Below are positions 8,033-19,552 of a stretch of 32,000 nucleotides of DNA, piece by piece. Numbering within the stretch: position 1 is the stretch's first letter; every line of letters begins with the position of its first letter. Location: sequence record CAXNAD020000001.1. One strand, given 5' to 3'. The notes beneath the pieces are model-generated. The model had not been told where the DNA came from, made no database searches, and saw only the letters and a program-made list of their open reading frames with translations. The translations under genes and the position numbers were made by a program.

Positions 8033-10666
8033 TTATATAATATTCGAAACAAAAATTTCAAAAATAATAGCATCTCTACAATCTTTTAAGGTAAGATTTA
8101 ATAAATCAGTTGCACTTTCTTCATATTGAATAAATGGATCTTTTTGAGCATACGCTTCCCAACTAATAGCTTCTCGTAAAAAATTCATATTATCTAAATG
8201 TTTACACCAAAAAAGATCAATATATTTTAAAAATAAAAGTTGGCAATAACGATGGATTAAACGACAATCATAAAAAGAAAATTCAAATTCTTTACGAATA
8301 TAAGTATTCCATAATTGTTCATTTAAAAATTTTTTTAATATTGAAAGGTTATTTAAATTTTTATAAATTATTTCAGTAGAAATTGATAAACGATTAAGTA
8401 ATATAGAAATTTTTTTTGTTAAAAATATATTAGTTGTTTTTTGATTAATTGTTTGCATTTCAATATAAAGAATAAAATCATCAATTAAACCTTCACCAAA
8501 TTCCATTATTAAATCACGTAAAATAGTTGTATATAAAACTTTTTGTCTTAAATTATAAATAACTTTTCTTTGTTTATCTAAAATTTGATCATATTTATTT
8601 AATGTTTTACGTTGATCAAAATAAAATCCTTCGACTTTTTGCTGTGCTGAATCTAAAGCAGAAGATAAAAAACTAGAATTTATTGTTTCTGTATTTAATT
8701 GTAAATTTTGCATTAAATTTTGAATTTTTTCACCCCCAAAAATTCGAATCAAGGGATCATTTAAACTTAAAAAAAAACAAGAAGTTCCAGGATTACCTTG
8801 TCGACCAGAACGTCCACGTAATTGATTATCAATTCTTCTTGATTCATGACGTTCAGTTCCAATTACATAAAGACCTCCCAATAATTTTATTTGTTCTGAT
8901 TCAATTATTTGTTTTTGTTTATATTTTTGTAATAATTTTTTATAAAATAAAAAAATTAAATTTTCAAAAGAATTTAATTTTTTTTTTGATATTTGAATCA
9001 TTGTTAAAAAAGTTGATAAATTCTTTTTTAATATTGGTAGTAATTTTGGATATTTTTTTAAATTATTTTTTATTTTTAATAATATAATTAATAAATTATT
9101 ATCATAAATAATAATTTTTTTTTTAGTTAACAACTTTTGTAATATTAAAAAAGTTAATTCTCGAACTTTAAATTCAAAATTGCCTCCTAATAAAATATCT
9201 GTACCCCGACCTGCCATATTTGTTGCAATAGTAATAGATTTTAAGCAACCAGCTTGGGCAATAATTTCTGATTCTTTTTTTATATTTTCAGGTTTAGCAT
9301 TTAATAATTGATGTGGTATTTTATATGTAGTTAATAAATTTGATAAAATTTCCGAATTTTGAATATTAGTAGTTCCAACTAATACAGGTCGACCAATTTC
9401 ATACATTTTTAAACATTCTTGAACTATTGCTTTCCATTTAGTAATTTCATCGATAAAAATTAAATCTGATTTATCTTCCCGTTTCATTGTTTTATATGTT
9501 GGTAATATTGAAACTGATAAATTATAAATATTTTCAAATTCTAATTCTTCAGTTTTTGCTGTACCAGTCATTCCAGAAATTTTAGGATATAAACGAAAAA
9601 AATTTTGATAAGTAATTGAAGCTAACGTTTCAGTTCCTTTAAGAATTTGAATATTTTCTTTCGCTTCTATAGCTTGGTGTAACCCATCTCCCCATTTTCT
9701 ATCTTCCATTACACGCCCAGTAAATTCATCTATAATAATAATTGTATTATTTCGTATTATATAATGAACATCTATAAAAAAAAGATATTCAGCTTTTAAA
9801 GCATTTAAGATATAAGGAATCCAAGGATCTTGAATATCATAAATATTTTGAATATTTAATAGTATTTTAATTCGAGAAATTCCTTTATTTGTTAAACTAA
9901 TTTTCTTAGTTTTTTCATCAATATCAAAATGTTTAATATTTTCTAAATATTTTATTATTTCTTTAGCTTTAAAATATTTTTCAACAGTTAAATTAGATTC
10001 ACGAGATATAATTAATGGTGTTCTAGCTTCATCAATTAATATTGAATCTACTTCATCAATAATACAAAAATTAAAAGGGTTTTGTACTAATTCATTTGTT
10101 TTTGTTACCATATTATCTCGCAAAAAATCAAAAACTAAATCTACATTAGTAACATAAGTTATATCTCTATAATAATTTTTTTTTCTTTGTTCTGGCTTAG
10201 TATTTGATTGAATTAAACCAACTTTAAACCCTAAAAATCGATGAATTTGACCCATCCATTCGGAATCTCGTTTCGCTAAATAATCATTTATAGTTACAAT
10301 ATGAACTCCTTGTCCAGTTAAAGAATTAACTAAAGCAGGACTAGTTGCAACTAATGTTTTACCTTCTCCAGTTTTCATCTCAGCAATTTTACCTTCATGT
10401 AAAATTAATCCGCCTAATAATTGAACATTATAGTGTTTTAAACCTAAAGTTCTTTGAGATGCTTCTCTAGCTAAAGCAAATCCTTCAATAATTGTTTTTT
10501 GTGTTAATTGTTTAGATTTTTTTGTTATTAGTTTTAAATGTAATGCTTTTTCTTTTAATTCAGTATTACTTAGTAATTTTAATTCTGTATCCAAATCATT
10601 AATAGAAATTAATGATGATTTATATTGGTTCCAAATATTTTTTTCATTTAAAAATAATTTAATCAT
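8033..10666 (-). CDS. secA: preprotein translocase ATPase SecA
   Basis: Contains Walker A MKTGEGKTL, DEVDSILIDEARTPLII, TNMAGRGTDI and GTERHESRRIDNQLRGRSGRQG. Length is 877 aa. Confidence 0.95.
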   Translation of the reverse strand: MIKLFLNEKNIWNQYKSSLISINDLDTELKLLSNTELKEKALHLKLITKKSKQLTQKTIIEGFALAREASQRTLGLKHYNVQLLGGLILHEGKIAEMKTGEGKTLVATSPALVNSLTGQGVHIVTINDYLAKRDSEWMGQIHRFLGFKVGLIQSNTKPEQRKKNYYRDITYVTNVDLVFDFLRDNMVTKTNELVQNPFNFCIIDEVDSILIDEARTPLIISRESNLTVEKYFKAKEIIKYLENIKHFDIDEKTKKISLTNKGISRIKILLNIQNIYDIQDPWIPYILNALKAEYLFFIDVHYIIRNNTIIIIDEFTGRVMEDRKWGDGLHQAIEAKENIQILKGTETLASITYQNFFRLYPKISGMTGTAKTEELEFENIYNLSVSILPTYKTMKREDKSDLIFIDEITKWKAIVQECLKMYEIGRPVLVGTTNIQNSEILSNLLTTYKIPHQLLNAKPENIKKESEIIAQAGCLKSITIATNMAGRGTDILLGGNFEFKVRELTFLILQKLLTKKKIIIYDNNLLIILLKIKNNLKKYPKLLPILKKNLSTFLTMIQISKKKLNSFENLIFLFYKKLLQKYKQKQIIESEQIKLLGGLYVIGTERHESRRIDNQLRGRSGRQGNPGTSCFFLSLNDPLIRIFGGEKIQNLMQNLQLNTETINSSFLSSALDSAQQKVEGFYFDQRKTLNKYDQILDKQRKVIYNLRQKVLYTTILRDLIMEFGEGLIDDFILYIEMQTINQKTTNIFLTKKISILLNRLSISTEIIYKNLNNLSILKKFLNEQLWNTYIRKEFEFSFYDCRLIHRYCQLLFLKYIDLFWCKHLDNMNFLREAISWEAYAQKDPFIQYEESATDLLNLTLKDCRDAIIFEIFVSNII

Positions 10667-10674
10667 TTAATTTT

Positions 10675-11055
10675 TTATTTTAATGGATTAGGTATTTCTT
10701 TTGTTGGAGAAAGGAATTGACCCATAAATACATTATTTATTCTTAATTTTAACCAAACAATAAATAATTTATCTGTTGAAACTATTACAACTGGATTCTT
10801 AGGGATTTTAATTTGAGGATGTTGTTTTTTTATTATATTAATAAAATTTGGTTTTTCTAAAATCCAATGATTAAAACTTATTTTTGTTCGACGCGTATAT
10901 TGAGACCTTTCTCGTAACATTTCCTCAATAGGTTCATGTTTTAATAAAAATTCTTCACTTGCTAAAATATAAAAATATTTTATTGGTTTTATTTTTATTT
11001 TTTGTTGTATAATTTCTTTATTTTTAAAAGAAATATTATTTTTTTGATTTATCAT
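10675..11055 (-). CDS. ycf54: Ycf54 (DUF2488) chlorophyll cyclase-associated protein
   Basis: YFYILASEEFLLKHEPIEEMLRERSQY ... VVIVSTDKLFIVWLKLRINNVFMGQF ... EIPNPL follows the cyanobacterial and red-algal Ycf54 pattern (YY.VLAS.KFLL.EEP.EEVLRER ... IVST...FI.W.KLRL). It ends 8 nt from the secA start, so co-transcription is likely. Confidence 0.8.
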   Translation of the reverse strand: MINQKNNISFKNKEIIQQKIKIKPIKYFYILASEEFLLKHEPIEEMLRERSQYTRRTKISFNHWILEKPNFINIIKKQHPQIKIPKNPVVIVSTDKLFIVWLKLRINNVFMGQFLSPTKEIPNPLK

Positions 11056-11185
11056 ATTTAATAATTTTTATATTATATTTATATATATTTACATTTATTT
11101 AAAATTAAAAAATTAAATTAAATTTCATTTTATTGAGATTTTATTATTAATTTTTTAATTTTAAATAAATTATACTAATTTAAAT

Positions 11186-11314
11186 TTAAAAAGAAGGAAA
11201 TGTTAAAGCATCAGGATAAAATCGATTAGCTTCAATAATAAAACCAGCCGTAAATGTTAACCATAATGTAAATAAAACTGGAGCCGTAGATAAGTATTTC
11301 AATAAATTTTTCAT
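11186..11314 (-). CDS. psaJ: photosystem I subunit IX (PsaJ)
   Basis: Not in the ORF track (42 aa). Manual translation gives [42 protein letters not shown], a PsaJ signature. Confidence 0.85.
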   Translation of the reverse strand: MKNLLKYLSTAPVLFTLWLTFTAGFIIEANRFYPDALTFPSF

Positions 11315-11348
11315 AATTTAAAATATAAGTTTTAAGTTAAATAAATAA

Positions 11349-11906
11349 TTAACGAGGTGAAACAGTAATATTTGAATCTGACATTAAAAAATCCCCATTA
11401 CTAAGTTCTTGTATTGCAGAAAAAGGCCAAACAAATCCAGATGCCATTAATTTTACAGCTAATGGTACGTCAATAATAATTTCTTTTTCTGTTGGATTTG
11501 CTGTTTCTTTAATAATACGAATATATTTTCTACCAACCCAACCAATCCAACCACTTATATAAATAAATAATACTCCTGGAATTACAAATTCAGTAGCATG
11601 ATTTAATCGTCCATCAGTAATTAAATGAGGTAAACCTTCTTTACCACAAAGTAAACCTGATTCAGAATAACGTGTAAATCTATCATTTGTTCTTTTTATT
11701 TGTTGTTCAAGCATTAAAGCTGAAGGAGAATTTGGTTCATATTTTTTAAGTCGAGTTTCTAATTTTCGAACACTTGTTTCTAATCTTTTTTTAAACATAG
11801 TTGATTCACTACATTTTGTTAACCCAGCAACTTCAGCCAATGTATTTAATGGTTGACTTATAACAACTAATAAAATTATTATTAATGTTTTTTTCAATTG
11901 AGACAT
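11349..11906 (-). CDS. psaF: photosystem I subunit III (PsaF)
   Basis: Has a signal-like N-terminus followed by [28 protein letters not shown] and [10 protein letters not shown], which are PsaF blocks. Confidence 0.9.
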   Translation of the reverse strand: MSQLKKTLIIILLVVISQPLNTLAEVAGLTKCSESTMFKKRLETSVRKLETRLKKYEPNSPSALMLEQQIKRTNDRFTRYSESGLLCGKEGLPHLITDGRLNHATEFVIPGVLFIYISGWIGWVGRKYIRIIKETANPTEKEIIIDVPLAVKLMASGFVWPFSAIQELSNGDFLMSDSNITVSPR

Positions 11907-12095
11907 TTTTATACTTTAAATTTAAAATATTATTTTAGTTAGGAAAAAATAAAATTTTTAAACATAAATAAATTTTATTTAGATTTAAAAATATACTATA
12001 ATAATTAGTATAACTTAAAAAATTTTTAATTGTATTAATTATTATATAATAATAATTATATAAAAAAATTCTTATTCTATTATTTTTAAATTAAA

Positions 12096-12150
12096 TAATA
12101 TTATATATATATCGATATTTATTGTAAATATCGATATATATATAATATTA
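12096..12150. repeat. inverted repeat (26-bp arms, 3-nt loop) in the psaF/psaC divergent spacer
   Basis: TAATATTATATATATATCGATATTTA-TTG-TAAATATCGATATATATATAATATTA, checked base by base. Confidence 0.9.
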
Positions 12151-12164
12151 CAATATATCACCGA

Positions 12165-12196
12165 AATATTTTATTAAAAATTTTTAATAAAATATT
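12165..12196. repeat. 32-bp perfect A/T-only palindrome
   Basis: AATATTTTATTAAAAA|TTTTTAATAAAATATT. It lies 44 nt upstream of the psaC start. Confidence 0.85.
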
Positions 12197-12203
12197 CTTT
12201 TAA

Positions 12204-12485
<282 letters not shown>

Positions 12486-12497
12486 AGTAATTAAATC

Positions 12498-12549
12498 TTA
12501 GCAACCTTTATAATATATATATTATATATATTAATATAAGGGTTGCTAA
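12498..12549 (+). repeat. hairpin pairing the psaC 3' trailer with the first 10 nt of trnK
   Basis: 12498-12512 (TTAGCAACCTTTATA) pairs with 12535-12549 (TATAAGGGTTGCTAA). This gives 15 bp including one G-U pair, with a 22-nt A/T loop. trnK begins at 12540. Confidence 0.8.
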
Positions 12550-12611
12550 CTCAACGGTAGAGTAATCGGCTTTTAACCGAAAAGTTCTGGGTTCAAATCC
12601 CAGGTAACCTA
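12540..12611 (+). tRNA. trnK(UUU): tRNA-Lys (UUU)
   Basis: GGGTTGCTAACTCAACGGTAGAGTAATCGGCTTTTAACCGAAAAGTTCTGGGTTCAAATCCCAGGTAACCTA. The 5' half is nearly identical to plastid trnK-UUU and there is no intron. It has G1-U72 and G6-U67 wobbles and an A27-A43 mismatch. Confidence 0.9.
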
Positions 12612-12619
12612 AAAAAAAT

Positions 12620-12692
12620 GCCCTTATCGTCTAGAGGACTAGGACACCTCCTTTTCACGGAGGGAACAGGGATTCGAATTCCCTTAGGGGTA
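12620..12692 (+). tRNA. trnE(UUC): tRNA-Glu (UUC)
   Basis: GCCCTTATCGTCTAGAGGACTAGGACACCTCCTTTTCACGGAGGGAACAGGGATTCGAATTCCCTTAGGGGTA, the classic plastid tRNA-Glu scaffold including G1-U72. Confidence 0.9.
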
Positions 12693-12894
12693 ATAATATT
12701 AATAATTACTACTTTTTTTATATAATTTGGAAAATATAATATATATTTAATTTTATTTTAAAGTTTCATATTATTATATATATATATATAATATAATATT
12801 GAAAACTCATTTTCGAATAATTTATTTAAAAATTTTTTTATTCATTATATTTGAGCGTTTCCTATCTTTTATATCTTCAAAGAGGAAAAGGTAA

Positions 12895-15144
12895 ATGAGT
12901 TCAACTGAACAAACAACACGAATTAAAGTTTTAATTGATCGTGATGTTGTTGATACTAGTTTTGAAAAATGGGCAAAACCTGGTCATTTTTCTCGTACAC
13001 TAGCAAAAGGTCCTAAAACAACAACTTGGATTTGGAATTTGCATGCTGACGCGCATGATTTTGATAGTCAAACAAATTCATTAGAAGAAATTTCTCGAAA
13101 AATTTTTAGTGCACATTTTGGACAATTAGCTATTATATTTTTATGGATTAGTGGTATGCATTTTCATGGTGCATATTTTTCTAATTATTTAGCTTGGTTA
13201 AATAATCCTATAAATGTAAAACCTAGTGCACAAATTGTATGGCCAATTGTTGGTCAAGAAATTTTGAACGCTGATGTTGGTGGAAATTTTCAAGGAATTC
13301 AAATTACTTCAGGATTTTTTCAATTATGGAGAGCTGAAGGTATTACAAGTGAAATTGAATTATATTGGACTGCTATTGGCGCATTAATTATGTCTGGTTT
13401 AATGTTATTTGGTGGTTGGTTTCATTATCATAAAGCTGCTCCAAAACTAGAATGGTTTCAAAATGCTGAATCAATGTTAAATCATCATTTAACAGGTTTA
13501 TTAGGATTAGGATGTCTTTCTTGGTCTGGACATCAAATTCATATAGCATTACCTATCAATAAATTATTAGATGCTGGAGTTGCTGCACAAGAAATTCCAT
13601 TACCTCATGAATTTTTAATTAATCGTGAATTAGTCGCACAATTATTTCCAAGTTTTAATAAGGGATTAGTTCCATTTTTTTCTTTTAATTGGAATGAATA
13701 TTCTGATTTTCTAACTTTTAAAGGTGGTTTAAATCCAATAACAGGTGGCCTTTGGTTAAGTGATATTGCTCATCATCATTTAGCTCTTGCAGTAGTTTTT
13801 CTTATTGCTGGGCATATGTATCGTACTAATTGGGGTATTGGTCATAGTATGAAAGATATCTTAGAAGCACATAAAGGTCCTTTTACAGGTTCGGGTCATG
13901 AGGGATTATATGAAATTTTAACAACATCATGGCATGCACAATTAGCAATTAATTTAGCAATGTTAGGTTCTTTAAGTATTATTGTGGCACATCATATGTA
14001 TGCTATGCCACCGTATCCATTTATTGCTACAGATTATGCTACACAACTTTCATTATTCACTCATCATATGTGGATAGGAGGATTTTGTATTGTAGGTGGA
14101 GCTGCTCACGGCGCTATTTTTATGGTACGAGATTATAATCCAGTTAAAAATTATAATAATTTATTAGATAGAGTAATACGACATAGAGATGCTATTATTT
14201 CTCATTTAAATTGGGTATGTATTTTTTTAGGTTTTCATAGTTTTGGATTATATGTTCATAATGATACTATGAGAGCTTTAGGTCGTTCTCAAGATATGTT
14301 TTCTAATACTGGGATACCTTTACAACCTATTTTTGCTCAATGGATTCAAAATTTACATTTAATAGCTCCAAATAATACAGCACCAAATGCTTTAACAATA
14401 GCAAGTTATATTTTTGGAGGAGACGTAGTTGCCATTGGTTCAAAAATAGCAATTATGCCAATGAAATTAAGTACAGCAGATTTTATGGTACATCATATTC
14501 ATGCTTTTACAATTCATGTAACAGTTTTAATTTTATTAAAAGGTGTATTATATGCTCGTAGTTCAAAATTAATACCAGATAAAGCTAATTTAGGGTTTCG
14601 TTTTCCTTGTGATGGACCTGGTCGAGGTGGTACTTGTCAAGTTTCCGGTTGGGATCATGTATTTTTAGGTTTATTTTGGATGTATAACTCAATTTCAGTA
14701 GTAATATTTCATTTTAGTTGGAAAATGCAATCGGATATTTGGGGATCAGTAACTCCTAATGGAGCTGTTTCACATATTACAGGTGGTAATTTTACTCAAA
14801 GTGCAATTACTATTAATGGTTGGTTACGTGATTTTTTATGGTCACAAGCATCACAAGTAATTCAATCTTATGGTTCAGCGTTATCAGCATATGGCCTTAT
14901 TTTCTTAGGTGCACATTTTATTTGGGCATTTAGTTTAATGTTTTTATTTAGTGGTCGTGGATATTGGCAAGAACTTATTGAATCAATTATTTGGGCTCAT
15001 AATAAAATTAAGGTTGCTCCAGCTATTCAACCTCGAGCCTTAAGTATTACACAAGGTCGTGCAGTAGGATTAGCTCATTATTTATTAGGTGGTATAGGAA
15101 CAACTTGGGCCTTCTTTTTAGCACGAATCATTTCTGTAGGATAA
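12895..15144 (+). CDS. psaA: photosystem I P700 apoprotein A1
   Basis: 749 aa. Contains [43 protein letters not shown] and a purine-rich SD-like AGAGGAAAAGG upstream. Confidence 0.98.
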   Translation: MSSTEQTTRIKVLIDRDVVDTSFEKWAKPGHFSRTLAKGPKTTTWIWNLHADAHDFDSQTNSLEEISRKIFSAHFGQLAIIFLWISGMHFHGAYFSNYLAWLNNPINVKPSAQIVWPIVGQEILNADVGGNFQGIQITSGFFQLWRAEGITSEIELYWTAIGALIMSGLMLFGGWFHYHKAAPKLEWFQNAESMLNHHLTGLLGLGCLSWSGHQIHIALPINKLLDAGVAAQEIPLPHEFLINRELVAQLFPSFNKGLVPFFSFNWNEYSDFLTFKGGLNPITGGLWLSDIAHHHLALAVVFLIAGHMYRTNWGIGHSMKDILEAHKGPFTGSGHEGLYEILTTSWHAQLAINLAMLGSLSIIVAHHMYAMPPYPFIATDYATQLSLFTHHMWIGGFCIVGGAAHGAIFMVRDYNPVKNYNNLLDRVIRHRDAIISHLNWVCIFLGFHSFGLYVHNDTMRALGRSQDMFSNTGIPLQPIFAQWIQNLHLIAPNNTAPNALTIASYIFGGDVVAIGSKIAIMPMKLSTADFMVHHIHAFTIHVTVLILLKGVLYARSSKLIPDKANLGFRFPCDGPGRGGTCQVSGWDHVFLGLFWMYNSISVVIFHFSWKMQSDIWGSVTPNGAVSHITGGNFTQSAITINGWLRDFLWSQASQVIQSYGSALSAYGLIFLGAHFIWAFSLMFLFSGRGYWQELIESIIWAHNKIKVAPAIQPRALSITQGRAVGLAHYLLGGIGTTWAFFLARIISVG

Positions 15145-15174
15145 TTCTGATATTAATAAAAAGGTAAAATATTT

Positions 15175-17379
15175 ATGGCAACTAAATTTCCTAAATTTAG
15201 CCAAGCTTTAGCACAAGATCCAACTACCAGAAGAATTTGGTTTGGCATAGCTACAGCTCATGATTTCGAAACACATGATGGAATGACAGAAGAAAATTTA
15301 TATCAAAAAATTTTTGCTTCACATTTTGGTCATTTAGCAATTATTTTTCTTTGGACTTCTGGGAATTTATTTCACGTAGCTTGGCAAGGAAATTTTGAAC
15401 AATGGATTTTAAATCCATTAAAAGTAAAACCTATTGCCCATACGATTTGGGATCCTCATTTTGGTGAACTTGCAATGAAAGCATTTACTAAGGGCGGAGC
15501 TTTTTATCCAATAAATATTGCATATTCTGGTATTTATCATTGGTGGTATACAATTGGGATGCGAACAAATAATGATTTATATATAGGATCGATTTTTTTA
15601 ATATTTTTATCAAGTTTACTTTTATTTGCAGGATGGTTACATTTACAACCAAAATTTTCTCCAAGTTTATCATGGTTTAAAAATAATGAATCACGTTTAA
15701 ATCATCATTTAACAGGATTATTTGGAGTTAGTTCTTTGGCTTGGACAGGTCATTTAGTTCATGTAGCGATTCCAGAATCAAGAGGTATTCATATTGGATG
15801 GAATAATTTTTTAACTACAGTCCCTCATCCTGAAGGTCTTGTTCCATTTTTTAATGGTAATTGGAATGCTTATGCACAAAACCCAGATACTTCGGAACAT
15901 ATTTTTGGAACAACGACAGGAGCAGGTACAGCGATCCTAACGTTTTTAGGAGGTTTTCACCCGCAATCTCAATCTTTATGGTTAACAGATATTGCTCACC
16001 ACCATTTAGCAATTGCTGTAGTTTTTTTAATTGCTGGACATATGTATCGAACAAATTTTGGTATTGGACATAATATGAAAGAGATTCTAGATGCACATCG
16101 TCCACCAGGTGGAAGATTAGGTGTAGGACACCGAGGTCTTTTTAATACTATTACAGATTCATTACATATGCAATTAGGATTAGCATTAGCAGCATTAGGA
16201 GTAATTACTTCATTAGTAGCTCAACATATTTATGCGTTATCTCCTTATGCTTTTATGGCAAAAGACTATACAACCCAAGCTGCGTTATATACTCATCATC
16301 AATATATTGCTGGGTTTTTAATGGTTGGAGCCTTTGCACATGGAGCAATATTTTTTGTAAGAGATTATGAACCAGAAAATAATAAAGATAATGTGTTAGC
16401 GCGTATGTTAGAACATAAAGAAGCAATTATTTCTCATTTAAGTTGGGTAAGTTTATTTTTAGGGTTCCATACTTTAGGATTATATATTCATAATGATACT
16501 GTTGTGGCTTTTGGTCAACCTGAAAAACAAATACTAGTTGAGCCAGTTTTTGCTCAATTTATTCAAGCTGCATCAGGAAAAGCTTTATATGGTTTTGATA
16601 TTTTATTATCATCAAAAGAAAGTCCCGCTAGTATAGCAGGAAGTGAGATTTGGTTACCAAGTTGGATAGAAGCGATTAATACTGATAAAAATGATTTATT
16701 TCTTACTATTGGACCTGGTGATTTTTTAATTCATCATGCTATTGCATTAGGATTACATGTAACTACTTTAATTTTAGTAAAAGGAGCACTAGATGCTCGA
16801 GGTTCAAAATTAATGCCAGATAAAAAAGATTTTGGGTATAGTTTTCCTTGTGATGGACCTGGTCGTGGTGGCACATGTGATATATCTGCTTGGGATGCGT
16901 TTTATTTATCTATGTTCTGGATGTTAAATACTATAGGTTGGGTTACTTTTTATTGGCATTGGAAACATGTGACAATTTGGCAAGGAAATGTTGGACAATT
17001 TAATGAATCTTCGAATTATATTATGGGATGGTTACGTGATTATTTATGGTTAAATTCATCTCCATTAATTAATGGTTATAATCCTTATGGTATGAATAGC
17101 TTATCTGTTTGGGCATGGATGTTTTTATTTGGACATTTAATTTGGGCAACAGGTTTTATGTTTTTAATTTCATGGCGTGGATATTGGCAAGAACTTATTG
17201 AAACATTAGTTTGGGCACATGAACGTACACCTTTAGCAAATTTAGTACGTTGGCGTGATAAACCTGTAGCTTTATCGATTGTTCAAGCAAGATTAGTAGG
17301 TTTAATTCATTTTACTGTTGGTTATATTTTAACTTATGCAGCATTTGTTATTGCTTCAACTGCTGGTAAATTTGGTTAA
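15175..17379 (+). CDS. psaB: photosystem I P700 apoprotein A2
   Basis: 734 aa. Contains [32 protein letters not shown] and [18 protein letters not shown]. It starts 30 nt after psaA. Confidence 0.98.
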   Translation: MATKFPKFSQALAQDPTTRRIWFGIATAHDFETHDGMTEENLYQKIFASHFGHLAIIFLWTSGNLFHVAWQGNFEQWILNPLKVKPIAHTIWDPHFGELAMKAFTKGGAFYPINIAYSGIYHWWYTIGMRTNNDLYIGSIFLIFLSSLLLFAGWLHLQPKFSPSLSWFKNNESRLNHHLTGLFGVSSLAWTGHLVHVAIPESRGIHIGWNNFLTTVPHPEGLVPFFNGNWNAYAQNPDTSEHIFGTTTGAGTAILTFLGGFHPQSQSLWLTDIAHHHLAIAVVFLIAGHMYRTNFGIGHNMKEILDAHRPPGGRLGVGHRGLFNTITDSLHMQLGLALAALGVITSLVAQHIYALSPYAFMAKDYTTQAALYTHHQYIAGFLMVGAFAHGAIFFVRDYEPENNKDNVLARMLEHKEAIISHLSWVSLFLGFHTLGLYIHNDTVVAFGQPEKQILVEPVFAQFIQAASGKALYGFDILLSSKESPASIAGSEIWLPSWIEAINTDKNDLFLTIGPGDFLIHHAIALGLHVTTLILVKGALDARGSKLMPDKKDFGYSFPCDGPGRGGTCDISAWDAFYLSMFWMLNTIGWVTFYWHWKHVTIWQGNVGQFNESSNYIMGWLRDYLWLNSSPLINGYNPYGMNSLSVWAWMFLFGHLIWATGFMFLISWRGYWQELIETLVWAHERTPLANLVRWRDKPVALSIVQARLVGLIHFTVGYILTYAAFVIASTAGKFG

Positions 17380-17405
17380 TATATTTTATATTATCAAATC
17401 AATAT

Positions 17406-17439
17406 AAATATATATCTATTAAAAAATAGATATATATTT
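17406..17439 (+). terminator. stem-loop 27 nt downstream of psaB (15-bp stem, AAAA loop)
   Basis: AAATATATATCTATT-AAAA-AATAGATATATATTT. The function is inferred from position only. Confidence 0.4.
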
Positions 17440-17507
17440 TTTATTATTTTTATTAAATAGAAATTAAATAAAAATATTATATTAAAAATTTAATTAGGAA
17501 AATTTAT

Positions 17508-17810
17508 ATGGCTAAACAATCAATGATTGAAAGGGAAAAGAAAAGAAAAAATTTAATTATTAAATATGCTACAAAACGCAAAATTTATTTATTAAATTTT
17601 AAAAAAGCAAAAAATTTTACTGAACAAATGGAATTACATAGAAAAATAGAAAAATTACCTCGAAATAGTGCAAAAATCCGATTACGTAATAGATGTTGGA
17701 GGACAGGTCGTAGTAGAGGTTTTTATCGAGATTTTGGATTATGTAGACATATGATTCGAGAAATGACACATGATTGTTTATTACCAGGTATGCGTAAAGC
17801 TAGTTGGTAA
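17508..17810 (+). CDS. rps14: ribosomal protein S14
   Basis: [20 protein letters not shown]...[37 protein letters not shown]...LPGMRKASW, canonical S14. It follows psaA-psaB as in many plastids. Confidence 0.92.
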   Translation: MAKQSMIEREKKRKNLIIKYATKRKIYLLNFKKAKNFTEQMELHRKIEKLPRNSAKIRLRNRCWRTGRSRGFYRDFGLCRHMIREMTHDCLLPGMRKASW

Positions 17811-17845
17811 TTAATTTATTTTAAACTCTATTTAAATTTTAAATT

Positions 17846-17962
17846 TTATATAATAATGTCTTTATTTCCACGACGATATTGAAAAAACGCAGCAGCAAAT
17901 AAACCAATTAATGTTACAGGAATAAGACCAAGTACCATACCAAAAAGAATAGGTTCAATCAT
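17846..17962 (-). CDS. petG: cytochrome b6f subunit V (PetG)
   Basis: Not in the ORF track (38 aa). Manual translation gives [38 protein letters not shown], a PetG signature. Confidence 0.85.
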   Translation of the reverse strand: MIEPILFGMVLGLIPVTLIGLFAAAFFQYRRGNKDIII

Positions 17963-17987
17963 ATTTTTTTATTAATTTAATATAATA

Positions 17988-18122
17988 TTATCGAAAACTT
18001 ATAGAAGCTTGCCATACAAAAGCAAGTAATAAGAAAAAAATAGGGACAATTGGTAAAACATCAATAATCGGACTAAAAAGCGCATAAGCTGCAGGTAATT
18101 TTGTTAATAATATTATTCCCAT
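17988..18122 (-). CDS. psbK: photosystem II protein K
   Basis: Not in the ORF track (44 aa). Manual translation gives [44 protein letters not shown], a PsbK signature ([27 protein letters not shown]). Confidence 0.85.
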   Translation of the reverse strand: MGIILLTKLPAAYALFSPIIDVLPIVPIFFLLLAFVWQASISFR

Positions 18123-18333
18123 TTTAATTTAGTATTTTATTAATAATAAATAGAGTTATCTATATTATATTATACCATATTATAACCTGTAATAGTATTT
18201 TTTAAAACGAAAACATAGAAATTTCAATTTTAAAAAGAAAAAGGTTTTAAAAATATATTTTATAGTATTCTTAAAAATATTACCTAATTTATTATTTTAT
18301 TTTATAAATTATTAAAAAATTAAAAAAAAAATT

Positions 18334-18522
18334 ATGATATTAACTGTACAAGTTTTAACTAGCTTATTTGTTTTATTTTCATTAAGTTTAGTTGTTGCAG
18401 TGCCAGTATCATTAGCTATTCCTGGCCGATGGGAAGTAGATAAATCAAATTTTTATAAATCAACAACTTTATGGATAACTTTAGTTTTTTTAATTGCGTT
18501 TTCTAATTATTTCATAAAATAA
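18334..18522 (+). CDS. psbZ: photosystem II protein Z (Ycf9)
   Basis: 62 aa with two TM helices. SLSLVVAVPVSLAIPGRW....F.STTLWITLVFLIAFSN parallels the PsbZ pattern (..ISVPVVFASP.GW......S..SLWIGLVFLVG.LN). Confidence 0.8.
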   Translation: MILTVQVLTSLFVLFSLSLVVAVPVSLAIPGRWEVDKSNFYKSTTLWITLVFLIAFSNYFIK

Positions 18523-18596
18523 TTAAAAATCTTAATATAAATAAATAAAAATATATATCTATCTATATAATTAAATATATATATATATATTATATA

Positions 18597-18668
18597 GCGA
18601 GTGTAACTTAGTGGTAGAGTGTAACCTTGCCAAGGTTGATGTCGCGCGTTCGAGTCGCGTCACTCGCT
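18597..18668 (+). tRNA. trnG(GCC): tRNA-Gly (GCC)
   Basis: GCGAGTGTAACTTAGTGGTAGAGTGTAACCTTGCCAAGGTTGATGTCGCGCGTTCGAGTCGCGTCACTCGCT. The anticodon is GCC and the discriminator is U73. Confidence 0.9.
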
Positions 18669-18699
18669 AAAATAAATTATTAAATATAATAGTAATAAA

Positions 18700-19503
18700 A
18701 TGAAACAAAAAGATCAATTAATAATAGGAGAAAAAAAATTTAATTCTAGACTGTTAATTGGGACAGGAAAATATAATAATTTAAAAGAAATGACTGATAG
18801 TATAAAATCTAGTAAAAGTAATATTATTACTGTTGCAGTCAGACGTTTTAATTTAATAAAAAATTCAACTAATAATAATTTATTAAAATATATTAATTGG
18901 AATAATTATTGGTTATTACCTAATACGGCGGGTGCAAAAACAACAGAAGAAGCTATTAAATTAGCTTTTATTGGACGAGAGCTTTCTAAACAAATAGGAC
19001 AAAATGAAAATAATTTTGTAAAATTGGAAGTTATTTCCGATTCTAAATATTTATTACCTGATCCTATTGGGACTTTAAAAGCTGCGGAATTTTTAGTAAA
19101 GAAAGGATTTAATGTATTACCATATATAAATGCAGATCCTATATTAGCTAAGCATTTAGAAGATATTGGTTGTTCTACAATTATGCCATTAGGTTCTCCT
19201 ATTGGTTCGGGACAAGGTATTCAAAACTTAAATAATATTCGAATTATTATTGAAAATGCAAAAATTCCTGTTATTATAGATGCGGGTATTGGTTCACCTA
19301 GCGAAGCAACGTTAGCAATGGAAATTGGTGCGGATGCTGTATTAATAAATACAGCAATCGCGAAAGCTATTAATTCAAAATTAATGGCAAAAGCCATGTG
19401 TTTTGCTGTTAAAGCTGGTCGACAATCGTATAATGCCGGTAAAATGGTTCCTTTACAATTTGCACAATCCACATCTTCTTTAGAAGGTTCTAATTTTATA
19501 TAA
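18700..19503 (+). CDS. thiG: thiazole synthase ThiG
   Basis: LLIGTGKY...IITVAVRR...[15 protein letters not shown]...[22 protein letters not shown]...GF.VLPY...D, then [13 protein letters not shown] and VLINTAIA. This is the ThiG pattern. Confidence 0.9.
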   Translation: MKQKDQLIIGEKKFNSRLLIGTGKYNNLKEMTDSIKSSKSNIITVAVRRFNLIKNSTNNNLLKYINWNNYWLLPNTAGAKTTEEAIKLAFIGRELSKQIGQNENNFVKLEVISDSKYLLPDPIGTLKAAEFLVKKGFNVLPYINADPILAKHLEDIGCSTIMPLGSPIGSGQGIQNLNNIRIIIENAKIPVIIDAGIGSPSEATLAMEIGADAVLINTAIAKAINSKLMAKAMCFAVKAGRQSYNAGKMVPLQFAQSTSSLEGSNFI

Positions 19504-19552
19504 TTATTATATATAATTATATATAATTATAATAAATTTCATTTAATAAAAT

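Noticed and set aside
8683-9087. 134-aa plus-strand ORF inside secA
   Set aside because: It is antisense to the well-conserved secA. Its composition is F/L/I/N-rich, as expected from reading an A/T-rich gene backwards, and I recognise no motif.
15488-16105. Three short ORFs (15488..15673 -, 15851..16105 -, 15861..16073 +) inside psaB
   Set aside because: They are embedded in or antisense to the highly conserved psaB frame. They show no independent signals and are chance ORFs.
18123-18333. Possible small ncRNA genes (ssrA/tmRNA, ffs/SRP RNA, rnpB) or missed small ORFs in the larger spacers (also 2865-2999, 11907-12239, 12693-12894, 28603-28810)
   Set aside because: The spacers are almost pure A/T and full of stop codons in all frames. 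They lack tRNA-like ends, GGAA tetraloop helices and other G/C-containing conserved cores. A covariance-model scan would be needed to exclude divergent RNAs.
19221-19472. 83-aa minus-strand ORF inside thiG
   Set aside because: It is antisense to the conserved ThiG C-terminal region, with no start context or motif.
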